NCBI RefSeq assembly: GCF_036971445.1 | Contig: NC_091473.1 | Coordinates: 182,962,001-183,026,000 of the forward strand | DNA: 64,000 nucleotides | From: Narcine bancroftii | Lineage: Eukaryota | Reading direction: 5' to 3' | In this document: positions 1 through 11,031 of the stretch, one piece after another | How positions within the stretch are numbered: position 1 is the stretch's first letter | Layout of the letters: each line of letters opens with the position of its first letter | Program-made: the position numbers and the translations under genes | Notes under the pieces: generated by a model | What the model was told of the DNA's origin: nothing | The model's database searches: none | The model's input: the letters and a program-made list of their open reading frames with translations, nothing else

Positions 1-1920
1 TACTGTCACTTTCGCCAATGGTCCCTTATATAATGCTTTAATCCAATGAATATACTTCTCTGGTAAACTGAATTTTTGCAATACTTTGAATAAATAATTC
101 CATTCTACTCTGTCAAAGGCCTTCTCTGCGTCTAAAGCAACTGCTACTGTTGGCGCTTTACTCCCTTCAACTGCATGAATTAAGTTAATAAATTTACAAA
201 TATTGTCTGTTGTGCGTCTTTTTTTAATAAATCCAGTTTGGTCTAGATTTACCATTTTCGGTACATACTCTGCTAATGTGTTTGCTAATAATTTAGCTAT
301 TATCTTATAATCTGTGTTAAGTAAAGATATTGGTCTATATGACGCTGGTGTGAGTGGATCTTTCCCTTGCTTTAGTATTACTGTAATTATTGCTGTTTTA
401 CATGAATCTGGTAAGCTTTGTGTTTTATCAATCTGGTTGATTACTTCCAGGAGGGGAGGAATTAATAAATCTTTAAATGTTTCATAGAATTCTATTGGGA
501 ATCCATCCTCTCCTGGTGATTTATTATTTGGTAATTTTTTTATTATCTCTTGTATTTCTACTATGCCAAATGGTTCTGTTAATTTATTTTGTTCCTCTAT
601 TTGTAGTTTTGGTAGTTCAATTTTAGTTAGAAATTCATCTATTTTCCCTTCTTTCCCTTCATTTTCAGTTTGGTATAATTGTTCATAGAATTCTATAAAG
701 TTTTCCTTGATCTCCTTTGGATTATATGTGATTTGTTTGTCTTTTTTCCTTGATGCCAATACCATTTTCTTAGCTTGTTCTGTCTTAAGCTGCCATGCTA
801 GAATTTTGTGCGTTTTTTCCCCTAGTTCATAATATTTCTGTTTTGTCTTCATTATGTTCTTCTCCACCTTATATGTTTGTAGTGTTTCATATTTTATTTT
901 TTTATCTGCCAATTCTCTTCTTTTAGTTGTATCTTCCTTCATTGCTAATTGTTTTTCTATATTTACTATTTCCCTTTCCAACCGCTCTGTTTCCTGATTA
1001 TAGTCCTTCTTCATCTTGGTTACATAACTTATTATTTGCCCTCTAATGAACGCTTTCATTGCATCCCATAGTATAAACTTATCTTTCACTGATTCCGTAT
1101 TTATTTCAAAATACATTTTAATTTGTCTTTCAATGAATTCTCTAAAATCCTGCCTTTTGAGTAACATGGAGTTTAATTTCCATCTATACATTCTTGGAGG
1201 AATGTCCTCTAACTTTATTGTCAATATTAAGGGTGAATGGTCCGATAATTTTCTAGCTTTATATTCTGTTTTTCTTACTCTATCTTGCATACGAGCTGAT
1301 AACAAAAATAGGTCTATTCTTGAGTATGTTTTATGTCTAGCCGAGTAATATGAATATTCCTTTTCCTTTGGGTGTTGTTTCCTCCATATATCCAAAAGTT
1401 GCATTTCTTCCATTGATTTAATTATAAATTTGGTTACTTTGTTCTTTTTGTTAATTTTTTTCCCAATTTTGTCCATATTTGAATCCAAATTCAGGTTGAA
1501 ATCCCCTCCTATTAATATGTTCCCTTGCGTATCTGCTATCTTCAAAAAAATATCTTGCATAAACTTTTGATCTTCTTCGTTAGGTGAATATACATTGAGT
1601 AGATTCCAAAACTCCGAATATATCTGACATTTTATCGTTACATATCTCCCTGTTGGATCTATTATTTCCTCTTCTATTTTAATTGGCACATTTTTACTAA
1701 TTAATATAGCTACTCCTCTTGCTTTTGAATTATACAACACTGCTGTTACGTGTCCTACCCAATCTCTCTTTAATTTCTTGTGCTCCAATTCAGTTAAATG
1801 TGTTTCTTGCACAAATGCTATATCAATTTTTTCTTTTTTCAGTAAATTTAGCAGTTTCTTCCTTTTAATTTGGTTATGTATTCCGTTAATATTTAAAGTC
1901 ATATAGTTCAGCGTAGCCAT
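1..1920 (-). CDS. L1 ORF2p (APE endonuclease + N-terminal RT), partial; runs off the window
   Basis: Hand translation from ATG 1920 gives MATLNYMTLNINGIHNQIKRKK..IAFVQETHL, GGDFN, YSRIDLFL, LSDHSP, KSPGEDGFP, YRPISLLNTDYK and LDAEKAFDRVEW. The frame is the same at position 1. Its absence from the ORF track is consistent with no stop inside the window. Confidence 0.93.
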   Translation of the reverse strand, partial: MATLNYMTLNINGIHNQIKRKKLLNLLKKEKIDIAFVQETHLTELEHKKLKRDWVGHVTAVLYNSKARGVAILISKNVPIKIEEEIIDPTGRYVTIKCQIYSEFWNLLNVYSPNEEDQKFMQDIFLKIADTQGNILIGGDFNLNLDSNMDKIGKKINKKNKVTKFIIKSMEEMQLLDIWRKQHPKEKEYSYYSARHKTYSRIDLFLLSARMQDRVRKTEYKARKLSDHSPLILTIKLEDIPPRMYRWKLNSMLLKRQDFREFIERQIKMYFEINTESVKDKFILWDAMKAFIRGQIISYVTKMKKDYNQETERLEREIVNIEKQLAMKEDTTKRRELADKKIKYETLQTYKVEKNIMKTKQKYYELGEKTHKILAWQLKTEQAKKMVLASRKKDKQITYNPKEIKENFIEFYEQLYQTENEGKEGKIDEFLTKIELPKLQIEEQNKLTEPFGIVEIQEIIKKLPNNKSPGEDGFPIEFYETFKDLLIPPLLEVINQIDKTQSLPDSCKTAIITVILKQGKDPLTPASYRPISLLNTDYKIIAKLLANTLAEYVPKMVNLDQTGFIKKRRTTDNICKFINLIHAVEGSKAPTVAVALDAEKAFDRVEWNYLFKVLQKFSLPEKYIHWIKALYKGPLAKVTV

Positions 1921-2359
1921 TTTATACTTCGTTTATCTTCCCTTTCCGTTTCTCCATCATTACCTTTCCTTCTTATCCATTTCTGCTTTCTTGTTTTGAA
2001 CACTTTATAAGGCAACATTTCTAAAACATCAAACATTTTCCCTATTCTCCTATTTAAAACTTCTTTAACCCCATTCTCCCCTCCCCCTCCTGAGTTGTCC
2101 TTTATCCCTTGTCGCACAACCACATCTCCCCTCTCCATTTGGATTTGCGAATTCACTCGCAAACATCAGCTGATTTTGCAGTGACCGTAACTCCTCCCCA
2201 CCCAGCCCCCCCAGAAAAGATTTCAATTTTCATATGTAACAAAGGTCACTCTTTTAATTCCCTCCTTATTCCCTCTATTCCCTTTCCCTCCCTTATTAAT
2301 TCTTGTCTATACTCTATATATTTTCCTCTAAATACGGATACATTCATGTATGCACACTG

Positions 2360-2365
2360 TATATA

Positions 2366-2411
<46 letters not shown>
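2360..2411. repeat. (TA)n/(CA)n microsatellite in the L1 inter-ORF spacer
   Basis: Direct read. Confidence 0.95.
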
Positions 2412-2418
<7 letters not shown>

Positions 2419-2462
2419 CCCTTTACACACATACATATAGACCGTGGTCATTTTTACTCTTA

Positions 2463-3704
2463 TTACATGTCTTCATCTCTCTGCTTGTTTTGTAGTTGTT
2501 CTGCAAATTTCCTTGCTTCCTCTGGATCCGAGAATAGTCTGTTTTGTTGCCCTGGAATAATTATTTTAAGTACCGCTGGGTACCTTAACATAAATTTATA
2601 TCCTTTTTTCCATAAGATCGTTTTCGCTGTATTGAACTCCTTCCTCTTCTTCAGGAGTTCAAAACTTATGTCTGGATAGAAAAAAATTTTTTGACCTTTA
2701 TATTCCAGTGGCTTTTTGTCCTCTCTTACTTTCTTCATTGCTTTCTCCAATATATTTTCTCTTGTTGTATATCTTAAGAATTTTACTAAAATGGATCTCG
2801 GTTTTTGCTGCGGTTGTGGTTTCGGGGCTAAAGTTCTATGTGCCCTCTCTATTTCCATTTCTTCCTGTAATTCTGGTCTTCCCAGGACCCTGGGGATCCA
2901 ATCTTTTATAAATTCTCTCATATTCTTCCCTTCTTCATCTTCCTTAAGGCCCACTATCTTTATATTATTTCTTCTATTATAGTTTTCCATTATATCTATC
3001 TTCTGAGCTAACAGCTCCTGTGCCCCTTTAGCTTTTTTATTAGATTCTTCTAATTTCTCTTTTAAGTCTTTTACTTCCATATCTACAAATGTTTCTCGTT
3101 TTTCCATATTTTCCACTCTTTTTGCCAATTCTGATATGGCCACTTCCATTTTATTCATTCTTTCTTCTGCATTCTTAATTCTTCTTTTTATCTCATCAAA
3201 TTCTTGTAATTGCCATTCTTTCACTGATTCCATATATTCTTTAAAAAAAGCTACATCCATTGTCTTGCTTTTCTCTTCTTCTTTTACTTCTTTCTGTTCT
3301 TCTTCTTCCTCTGGGTTGACCATCTGTTGTTTCCTTGTTTTCTTTTTACCCTCTTCTTTCTTGTTGTCGTTATTTTCTCTGTTCTGCACCTGCTGCTGTG
3401 CTGCAGGTGTCTCTCTCAGCTGTGGAGATCGACTCCGCAGCTGTTCCCCCCTCCCGTCAGTGTGTTTTTTTTCATGCGCATCGCACATGCGCGACTCATC
3501 GCGCATGCGCGGTTGCACACTTTTACTCGGCTCTGCGAGCCATTTTTGTAGTCCCGAGCCCGGGACTTCCACTGACCTGTGGGAGCGGGCTTCTCTCTCT
3601 CCGGCGGGCCTCTTCGGACAGGTAAGGCCTTCACCTTCTTCTTCCGAAGTCTTTCCTTCTTCTTTTCTTCCCGTTGATTTTGGTTTTTCTTTCTTCGCTG
3701 CCAT
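2463..3704 (-). CDS. L1 ORF1p (coiled coil + RRM + CTD, Transposase_22-like), 413 aa
   Basis: Motifs ENYNRRNNIKIVGLKE, IERAHR, PRSILVKFLRY, IFFYPDIS and YPAVLKI. First ATG is at 3704; the track start at 3713 is a GTG. Confidence 0.95.
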   Translation of the reverse strand: MAAKKEKPKSTGRKEEGKTSEEEGEGLTCPKRPAGEREARSHRSVEVPGSGLQKWLAEPSKSVQPRMRDESRMCDAHEKKHTDGRGEQLRSRSPQLRETPAAQQQVQNRENNDNKKEEGKKKTRKQQMVNPEEEEEQKEVKEEEKSKTMDVAFFKEYMESVKEWQLQEFDEIKRRIKNAEERMNKMEVAISELAKRVENMEKRETFVDMEVKDLKEKLEESNKKAKGAQELLAQKIDIMENYNRRNNIKIVGLKEDEEGKNMREFIKDWIPRVLGRPELQEEMEIERAHRTLAPKPQPQQKPRSILVKFLRYTTRENILEKAMKKVREDKKPLEYKGQKIFFYPDISFELLKKRKEFNTAKTILWKKGYKFMLRYPAVLKIIIPGQQNRLFSDPEEARKFAEQLQNKQRDEDM

Positions 3705-3840
3705 TTTCTTCACACTTTTACTTTTACTTTGTTTGGTTTTTAAGTTTGTGCCTTTGCTTTTTCTCTATCTTTTTTTAACTTTTCTGGAGAGGGCTGGAGT
3801 TCCCCTACCGGCCACTACTCCATCATGTGACTCCCCTCTT

Positions 3841-4635
3841 GTAATGTTTTCTTCAAGATAAGATAGAGGTAGGACATTTGGTTTCACTGAGAGGTGAGAC
3901 AAGATTCAGGGGAATAGATTTAAGACAGAGATGAGGTAAAAACTGGCTTTTCCCGGAGAGTTGTAAATCCGTGGAATTGTCTGCCCAGAGAAGTGGTGGA
4001 GGTGACTTCATTAAATGTATTTAAGGTTCAGCGAGATAGATCTTTACATCAAAAAGGCCCATGGGACGCTGGGCTTCATTAATCGGGGGATTGAGTTCAA
4101 GAGTCAAGAGGTCATGTGGCAACTCTACAAATCTCTGGTGAACCCCACTTAGAGTATTGTGTTCAGTTCTGGCCACCTCATTATAGGAAGGATGTGGAAG
4201 CTGTGGTGAGGGGGCAGAGGAGATTGGAAAATAAATCTTATGAGACAAGGTTCTCAGAGCTGGGACTTTTCTCTTCGGAGTGAAGAAGGATGAGAGGAGA
4301 CTTGATGGAGGTCGACAAGATTCTGAGAGGGTGGACGGCCGGTGCCTTTTACCTAGGGCTGGAGCTGCAAACACCAGAGGACGTCTGGACAAGGTGAAGG
4401 GAGGGAAGTTTAGGGGAGATGGCAGGGGTAGGTTTTTTTACACAGAGAGGGGTGGGGGCCTGGGATGCCTCGCCAGGGGATGGTGGTGGAGGCTGGAACA
4501 TTTAAGAGACTCTTAGATTCAGGGATGAAAGAAAAATAGAGGGTTGCTGGGTAGGAAGGGCTTCATTCTATTTTTGGTAAATATCTACAGGTAGTCACAA
4601 CTTTGATAGAATGCACTGTGCTGTTACGTTCTAGA
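3841..4635 (+). mobile_element. Degenerate CR1 LINE 3' fragments
   Basis: Remnants of the CR1 ORF2 C-terminus (LVRPHLEYCVQFWSPH-type: ccccacttagagtattgtgttcagttctgg) and a CR1 3'UTR. Confidence 0.8.
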
Positions 4636-4858
4636 ACATTTAAATTTCATAATGAGTATCATGTCCCACAGGTACATTGGCAATTCTGCCATTCCCCGAA
4701 TCAACACCTTTTTTAAAAAAAATCCATGTTCACCCAAGAATACTCCAAGCTCACAACAACGCAACTGCACTTAATTGGCCTCATTAGGGATTTCATGGAG
4801 ACATATATTTAGGTCTCTCTTGGCATTGGGCAACATCGAGGTTGCAGGCAGTGAAACG

Positions 4859-4928
4859 ATGCATGAACCATCAAAGGGTCTAGTGTACGCCATTTACTAT
4901 CCCATTCTTGCCGCTGTGGGAATTCCAG
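4859..4928 (+). CDS. GPR139/GPR142-like orphan class A GPCR, coding exon 1 (short N-terminus + first part of TM1)
   Basis: ATG 4859, MHEPSKGLVYAIYYPILAAVGIP, phase-1 donor CAG|gtatga at 4928/4929. Joins exon 2 in frame as ...VGIPANIAAITILS. Confidence 0.85.
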
Positions 4929-5104
4929 GTATGACCTTGGAATCTCGCTTGAATTACGCATCTTTTGGTGAGCTTGTCTTTGCATGTTTTTTTTTGCTCC
5001 CCGAGTTCGAATCCTCACAACGGTTGCTCAGGAGGCATCAAGTGAACAGCTCTGTAGCCAAGCTTGCAACGGTCCGAAGGTCAGTGGAGGAGCAGGTGGC
5101 ATGA

Positions 5105-6910
5105 GGGAACCGGGAGGAAGCAGAAAGATGTGGGCAGATCAGGAGACTGGGTAGAGAAGCAGGAAATTAAATGCAGTGTTGGAAAGTGAATGGTCATGCA
5201 CTTCGGTAGAAGAAATAAACAGTTTTCCAAATGGGGAGAAAATTGAAAATCCCCAGATGCAAAGGGGACCTCAGGCTCCTCGTGCAGGACGGCCTGAAGG
5301 TTGCAGGTCGAGTCGGGGGTGAAGAAGGCAAATGCAACACTGACATTCATTTTAAGAAGAATTGAATATAAGAGCAGGGATGTGATGTTGAGGCTTTATA
5401 AGACCTTGGTGACACCTCACGTGAAGAATTGAAGCAGTTTTAGGCTCCTCACTGCTGACGTTGGAGACAGTTCAGAGGAGGTTCACGAGGACGATTCCGG
5501 GATCGAAAGGGAGACAGTGGTTTTCAATGTTTTCCTTTCCACTCACATCCCACTTTAAGTATTCCCGATGCCATCGATGCTCTGTGATTAGTAAGGCATT
5601 ACTTGAGGCACTCTGTGGGTGGAAAGAAAAAGTTTGAAAACCACTGTTTTCACCATCCCTCATCGACTCGTTACGTGCACGGTTTCCGGACTCCAAAGAA
5701 AATGGGCCAATTACCATTTTTCTCAAGCAAAATATTTCAGTAATAAATGGGTCTAGAGCAGTGATTCTCAACCTTCCCCTCCCACTCATGTCCCACCTTT
5801 AGAAATCCCTCACTAATCACTGAGTACCAATGGCATCAGGATGACTTAAAGTGGGATGTGAGTGGAAAGAAAAAGGTTGAGAACCATTGGGTTAGAAGAA
5901 TGAGGGGATATTTGATAGATGTATACAAAATTATGAGGGTTATAGACAGAGTAAATGAAAATAGGCTTTTTCCACTGATTTTATTTCAGCCCGTGACAAA
6001 GGGCTCAAGCCCAAAACATCAGTTCTGTATCTTTATCTTTGCTGTATAAAGGACACTGTTTGACCCCTGAGTTTCTCCAGCGTCATGTTTTCACTTCAAC
6101 CACGGGGTCTGAAGAATTTCGCGTTTTACTTTTTCCAATCAGGGTCAGTGAGATACAAATCGGAGGTCATGGGTTCTGGGTGAGAGGGGGAAAGTTTAGG
6201 GGGAACTTCTTCACACAGAGAGCAATGGGAGTGTGGAACGAGCTGAAGTGGTGAATGCGGGCTCAATTTTAACATTTAAAAAGTATTTGGACAGGAACAT
6301 GGATGAAGGGAGGTATAGAGGGATATGGACCAGGTGGAAGTTAATGGGACTAAGCAGAATCACAGTTAAGCACAGACTAGAAGGGCCGAAGGGCCTGTTT
6401 TCTGTGCTCTAATGTTCCATATGAGGAATGTTTGATGGCTCTTGCCCTTCACTCAATGGAATTTAGGAGAATGGATAGGAGGGGTCTGGAGAGTCATGGA
6501 TTGCGAGCAGGTCAGTGGGACTAGCTAGTTTTATTGGTCAGCACAGACCAGAAGGGTCGAATGGCCTGTTTTTCTGTGCTGTAATATTCTCTGGTTCTAT
6601 GAATCTCATTGAAACATATCAAACGATGAAAAGCACTGACGAAGCCGACGTAGAAAGTTTGTTTCCCCACAGTGGGAGAGTCCAGGACAAGAGGGTGCAA
6701 CTTCAGGATTGAAGGGCAGAGACACAGAGGAATTTCTTCAGCCAGAGGGCGGTTATGGAGGCCGGACCATCGATAGATTGACAGGTTCTTGATTAGCTGG
6801 GGCACCAAGGGTTATGGGGAGAAGGCCAGGCAGCGGGGCTGAGAGGGAGAATGGTCCAGCTCTCGATTGATGTGACTCAAATGGCTGAATGGTCTAGTTC
6901 TGCTCCCAAT
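5105..6910 (+). mobile_element. Nested CR1 fragments in the GPCR intron, interrupted by a hAT-type MITE and a Penelope-type end
   Basis: Remnants encoding KCKVMHFG, LVRPH, RRMRGYLIDVYKIM and RGNFFTQR, plus CR1 3'UTR hairpins. Confidence 0.8.
5515..5889. mobile_element. hAT-like (Charlie/MER5-type) MITE: two tandem palindromic units, 5515-5646 and 5759-5889
   Basis: Termini CAGTGGTTTTCAA...TTGAAAACCACTG and CAGTGATTCTCAACC...GGTTGAGAACCATTG. Subterminal inverted match TTTCCACTCACATCCC / GGGATGTGAGTGGAAA. Confidence 0.7.
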
Positions 6911-7021
6911 ATCTCGGAATCCTGTGATTGGCTTGTGCTCTCAGTTGGGCAGTGCATAACTCCAATTGCCAAGTGTTTCATTGTTTCTCCCCCGGCTTCA
7001 TTTAATCTCATTATATTTCAG

Positions 7022-7941
7022 CCAACATTGCCGCCATCACAATTCTGTCCCAGGGAAAATGCGGCCTCTCCAAATGCATCTCCTACTATCTGGTGGGGAT
7101 GGCAGTGTCCGACCTTCTCGTCCTCCTCACCGGGGTTCTACTCAACAAGATCATTGGCATTTACTTCACAGGGAGCCACCTGTCCACCACGCCGATATGC
7201 AGTTTAAAAATTGTTCTCATTTATGCCTCCCGGGATGTCTCTGTGTGGCTGACAGTCGCTTTCACCTTCGACCGTTTCGTGGCCATTTGCTGGCGAAAAC
7301 TGAGAACTTGGTATTGCAGGCAACAGGTGGCGGCAGGGGTGGTCTGGACTGTATTCGCCCTGAGCTGCTTGCAAAATGTCCCATGGTACTTTAAGTTTGA
7401 ACCTTTGTACATTATCAACGGGACGCCATGGTACTGCCACACAAAACCCAGTTTCTACACCACCCCGTCGTGGATCATATTTCAAGCATCTAATTACATT
7501 GCTACCCCCTTCCTCCCCTTCTTTCTCATCCTATCCCTCAATGCCCTGACCATCAGGTTCATTGTGGCGGCAAGCAAGACCCGCAAAGCTCTCCGCCGCC
7601 ACAGTAACCATGCGGATCCCAGGGACTCAGAAATGGAGAACAGGAAGAGGTCCATCGTTTTGCTTTTCACCATCTCTGGCAGTTTCGTGCTCCTGTGGAT
7701 GACGTTTCTTGTCCACTTCCTTTACTACCGCATCACAAGCACCCTATACTACTCGGGTTACAACGACCCCGTATTCATCATGCAGGAGGTGGGCTATATG
7801 CTGATGCTTCTCAGCTGCTGCACCAACACCTGCATTTATGCGGTGACCCAGCGCAGGTTCAGAGAGGAGTTGAAACCATTACTGAAGCGCCCACTACTCT
7901 GGGCAACAAGCCTCTTCCGAAGGTTGGCTTCCCAATTATGA
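7022..7941 (+). CDS. GPR139/GPR142-like orphan class A GPCR, coding exon 2 (rest of TM1 to TM7 and C-tail); whole protein 329 aa
   Basis: Acceptor atttcag|cc at 7021/7022. Seven hydrophobic segments across the joined exons; TM2 MAVSDLL, TM3 TFDRFVAIC, TM5 PFLPF..LNALT, TM7 SCCTNTCIY, helix 8 QRRFREEL; stop TGA 7939-7941. Confidence 0.92.
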
Positions 7942-8171
7942 TCGACGGCTTCAAGCTGACCACAAAAGATCATTTCAGATTTGCTGAGGAAAGTTGGAGA
8001 AACAGTCAATTGACTTTGATTGACTTTAGCGCGTTTAATCGTACCGTGACACTGGCACGTTGCATCTGTTCAACTGACCTAAGAATGTTTTGCCGCTGAT
8101 TTTCATTTATACTTGGCATCTGATGCCTCTCTTCTCGGTGTCCAACCACTGAACAATTAATTTTTTTCCCA

Positions 8172-8177
8172 AATAAA
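8172..8177 (+). terminator. Candidate polyadenylation signal (AATAAA) of the GPCR gene
   Basis: First AATAAA about 230 bp after the stop, ahead of repeat-derived sequence. Confidence 0.55.
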
Positions 8178-8344
8178 ATTGGGGATTACTCTCAGCTGAA
8201 CACAAAGTTCAGGTTTGCTGCAGGACATCAAAGAAACATTATTATTATTGAATTTAATGGTCAGGATATTGCTAGGGCTTGAGGAATTGAAAGTAAGAAA
8301 ATGCGATGCTGGAGAAACTCAGCAGGCCAAACTGTGTCCTTTAC

Positions 8345-8810
8345 CATATATAACCATATAACAATTACAGTACAGAAACAGGCCATCTTAGCCCCTCTAG
8401 TCCGCACCGATCTAAGTGAAACTTCACTAGTCCCACCTACCCGCTCCATATCCATAACCCTCCAACCCCCTCACATCCATGCACTCATCCAATCTCCTCT
8501 TAAATGACAGCATTGACCCTGCTGCAACCACCTCTTTCGGAAGGTCATTCCACTCAGCCACCGCTCTCTGAGTGAAGAAGCCCCCTCTCAAGTTATTCTA
8601 ACATTTTTCCCCCTAACCCTTAACTTATGACCCAATCTTGCCTACCATCAAGGGGAAGAGCCTATTCATATCTATCCCCCTCATAATTTTAAACACCTCT
8701 ATCAAATCCCCCCTCAACCTTCTACGCTCCAATGAATAAAGACCCAGTCTACTCAATCTTTCTCCGTATTCTCGATACTGCAATCCAGGCAACACTTTAG
8801 TCAATCTTTA
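8345..8810 (-). mobile_element. CR1 LINE 3' end
   Basis: Reverse-strand RRLRGDLIEVFKIMRG / FFTQR remnants, 3'UTR and (ATGGTTAT)n-type tail. Confidence 0.8.
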
Positions 8811-9189
8811 CAGGGCAAAAATAAAGATATGTCGTATTGAAACATGATGTCTTTATTGGACACCAAATTAGCCAAGTTCAGCCCGAAAGCAGTCTCCAGG
8901 GGTCTCCATCCAACAAAGGGATGCATCAACTTTTGTACACTTGAGTAAACTAAAAGATTACATCGTTATTCTACCTATTAGGTAAGTAACACCCCCTTGT
9001 GTCCCCATCCCCTCTATAAGAACCCTGGGTAATCTTTACTCCACATTCAGCAAAAACATTCCTTATCTGCACAGCCTGCATTCCAAAGCCTTATGAAGGT
9101 CCTGCTGGGCTGAATTATATCCATGGAGCCTCTCCTTAATCTCTCAGACATCAGGCTTCCATTTTAATTCACCTTAATTATTTTAATAT

Positions 9190-9835
9190 TCACTTACAGA
9201 CACATAGTCGACATTTAGGCCTTGAGCCCTTCATCAAGGTGTGGGGAAATGTTGGCAGGCTCCCTTACCTTGATGAGGGTCTCGAGCCCGAAATGTCGGT
9301 TACTTTTGCTACATAAAGGACACTGTTTGTAACTGCTGAGTTTCTCCAGTGCCACGTCTTTACTTCAGCCAACGGACTTCCGTGTTTCACTTGAGGGACA
9401 GGGAGATAGTGGCGGGGATTAACCTAGACCAGACAAGTTAGAGGGTGCCCAGACGGAATATTAGGTGTGGTTCCTCCAATTTGCGGGTGGTCTCCATCTA
9501 GCAGTGTCAGATATGTCAGTGTGGAGATAGGCAAGGAGTGCCTCCCTTTCCATCAATCGCCCTCTTGGCACCTACCCCTGTGACCGCAGGAGATGCTCCA
9601 CTTGCGCCCACACCTCTTCCCCTCACCGCCATTCAGGGCCCCAAACAGTCCTTCTATGTGAAGCAACGCGTCACTTGGGAATCTACGGCATCCGGCGCTC
9701 CCATGGTGGTCTCCTGTACATCGGAGAGACTGGACACCGGCTGGGAGATCTCTTCAAGGAGCTCCTCGGCTCCATCCACTGCAAAAGCGGGGATCTCCCA
9801 GTGGCCACCCATTTCAATTCCCCACCCGGTTCCCA
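9190..9835. mobile_element. Penelope-like element remnants (GIY-YIG endonuclease), mixed orientation
   Basis: 9675-9835 (+) encodes GIYGIR..GLLYIGETGHRLGDLFKE..LPVATHFNS. GGGCTCAAGCCCGAAA-type terminal pieces are adjacent. Confidence 0.75.
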
Positions 9836-9914
9836 CAGGGGAAAACAGTGGACTTCAGATTCATCAGCGACAGGAGTTAACAGCTGGGAAGCAACCCAAG
9901 TAAAATTGATGTGA

Positions 9915-10790
9915 AACAGTGGGAAACAGGGGCCAAGAAACTGGGGGATGGGAACAAGGGGTGAGAAACAGGGAGGGGCTGGAAACAGGGGGTGTGGAAT
10001 AAGGGGTGAGAAATGGGGGTGGGCAGGGAACTGGGAGTGGGGAACTAGGGGTCTGGCACTAAGCTTGAGAAAAGGGTGGCAGGGAACTGGGGGCAGGGAA
10101 CTAGGGGGGAACTGGGGGTGAGAAACTGGGATGTGAGGAACTAGGGGTAAGAAATGGGGTAGGGATCTGGGAGCAGGGAACTGGGGGGGGTTGGGGAACT
10201 AGGAGTGAGAAATAGGAGAGGTGGGGGACTGGGGGAAGTGAACTGGGGGTGGGAAACTAGGGATGTGGAACTAGGGGTGAGAAATGGGGGCGGGGAACTG
10301 AGGGCAGGGAATTGGTGGGTGGGGAACTAGGGGTAAAAAATAGGGGGGTGTGGAACTAGGGGTGGGGAACTGGGGGTGTAGAACTAGGGGTGAGAAATGG
10401 GGATGGGGAACTAGGGGTGGGGAACTGGGGGTGTAGAATTAGGGGTGAGAAATGGGGGAGGGGAACTAGGGGCGGGGAACTGGGGGTGTAGAACTAGGGA
10501 TGAGAAACAGAGGGCAGCGAACTAGGGGTGTGGAACTAGGGGCGGGGAACTGGGGGGGGATGGGGAACTAGGGGTGAGAAATGGGGGGTGGGGAACTGGG
10601 GCAGAGAACTGGGGGTGGGGAGCGAGGGGTGAGAAATGGTGGGGTGGGAAACTGGAGCAGAAAACTGGGGGCTGGAAATAGGGTGCGGGAAGAAGAGGGC
10701 GGTATCGAGGGGCTAGAAATGGGGCAGAATACAGGGGATGGGAATGGGGGGAGGGGTGGGTGGGAAACAGGAAGTGGAATAGAGAAGGTG
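9915..10790. repeat. G-rich degenerate minisatellite (GGGGAACTAGGGG / TGAGAAAT units)
   Basis: Direct read: dozens of copies of ggggaact(a/g)gggg interleaved with gtgagaaatgggg. Confidence 0.9.
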
Positions 10791-10994
10791 CAAAGCCTCG
10801 TGGTCTATTGCTGAGATCCAGCTTTGCTGCAGGAATTTGGGGTTGAGCCAAGAAGATGTGGTCATTTCCGTCACTCTTAATCACTAACAAATTCGATGTA
10901 ATGACTAAATGTCATTCAGGTCCTGATCCCCTCTGCTTCATTTCAACGCATAAAGGAGATATTTCTTTTGTCAAATGCAGGAAAAGTGTCGGAA

Positions 10995-11031
10995 ATGATT
11001 CACTTTTGCTTCCAACTCTTCTTTTCTGGTG
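10995..11031 (+). CDS. Nectin/PVR-like receptor exon 1 (signal peptide)
   Basis: ATG 10995, MIHFCFQLFFSG, consensus phase-1 donor G|gtaagt. Splices to give MIHFCFQLFFSGALG/VQTI. Confidence 0.7.

Larger units (their letters stand above)
1..3836 (-). mobile_element. LINE-1 (L1 clade) retrotransposon, 5' half (5'UTR, ORF1, spacer, ORF2 start); continues beyond the left edge
   Basis: The minus strand starts GGGGAGTCACATGATGG near 3836, followed by an intact ORF1, a ~540-bp spacer and ORF2 with EN and RT motifs. The right flank is a CR1 fragment. Confidence 0.95.

Noticed and set aside
3136-3861. 241-aa Ser/Phe/Leu-rich + strand ORF
   Set aside because: It is the antisense shadow of the purine-rich L1 ORF1.
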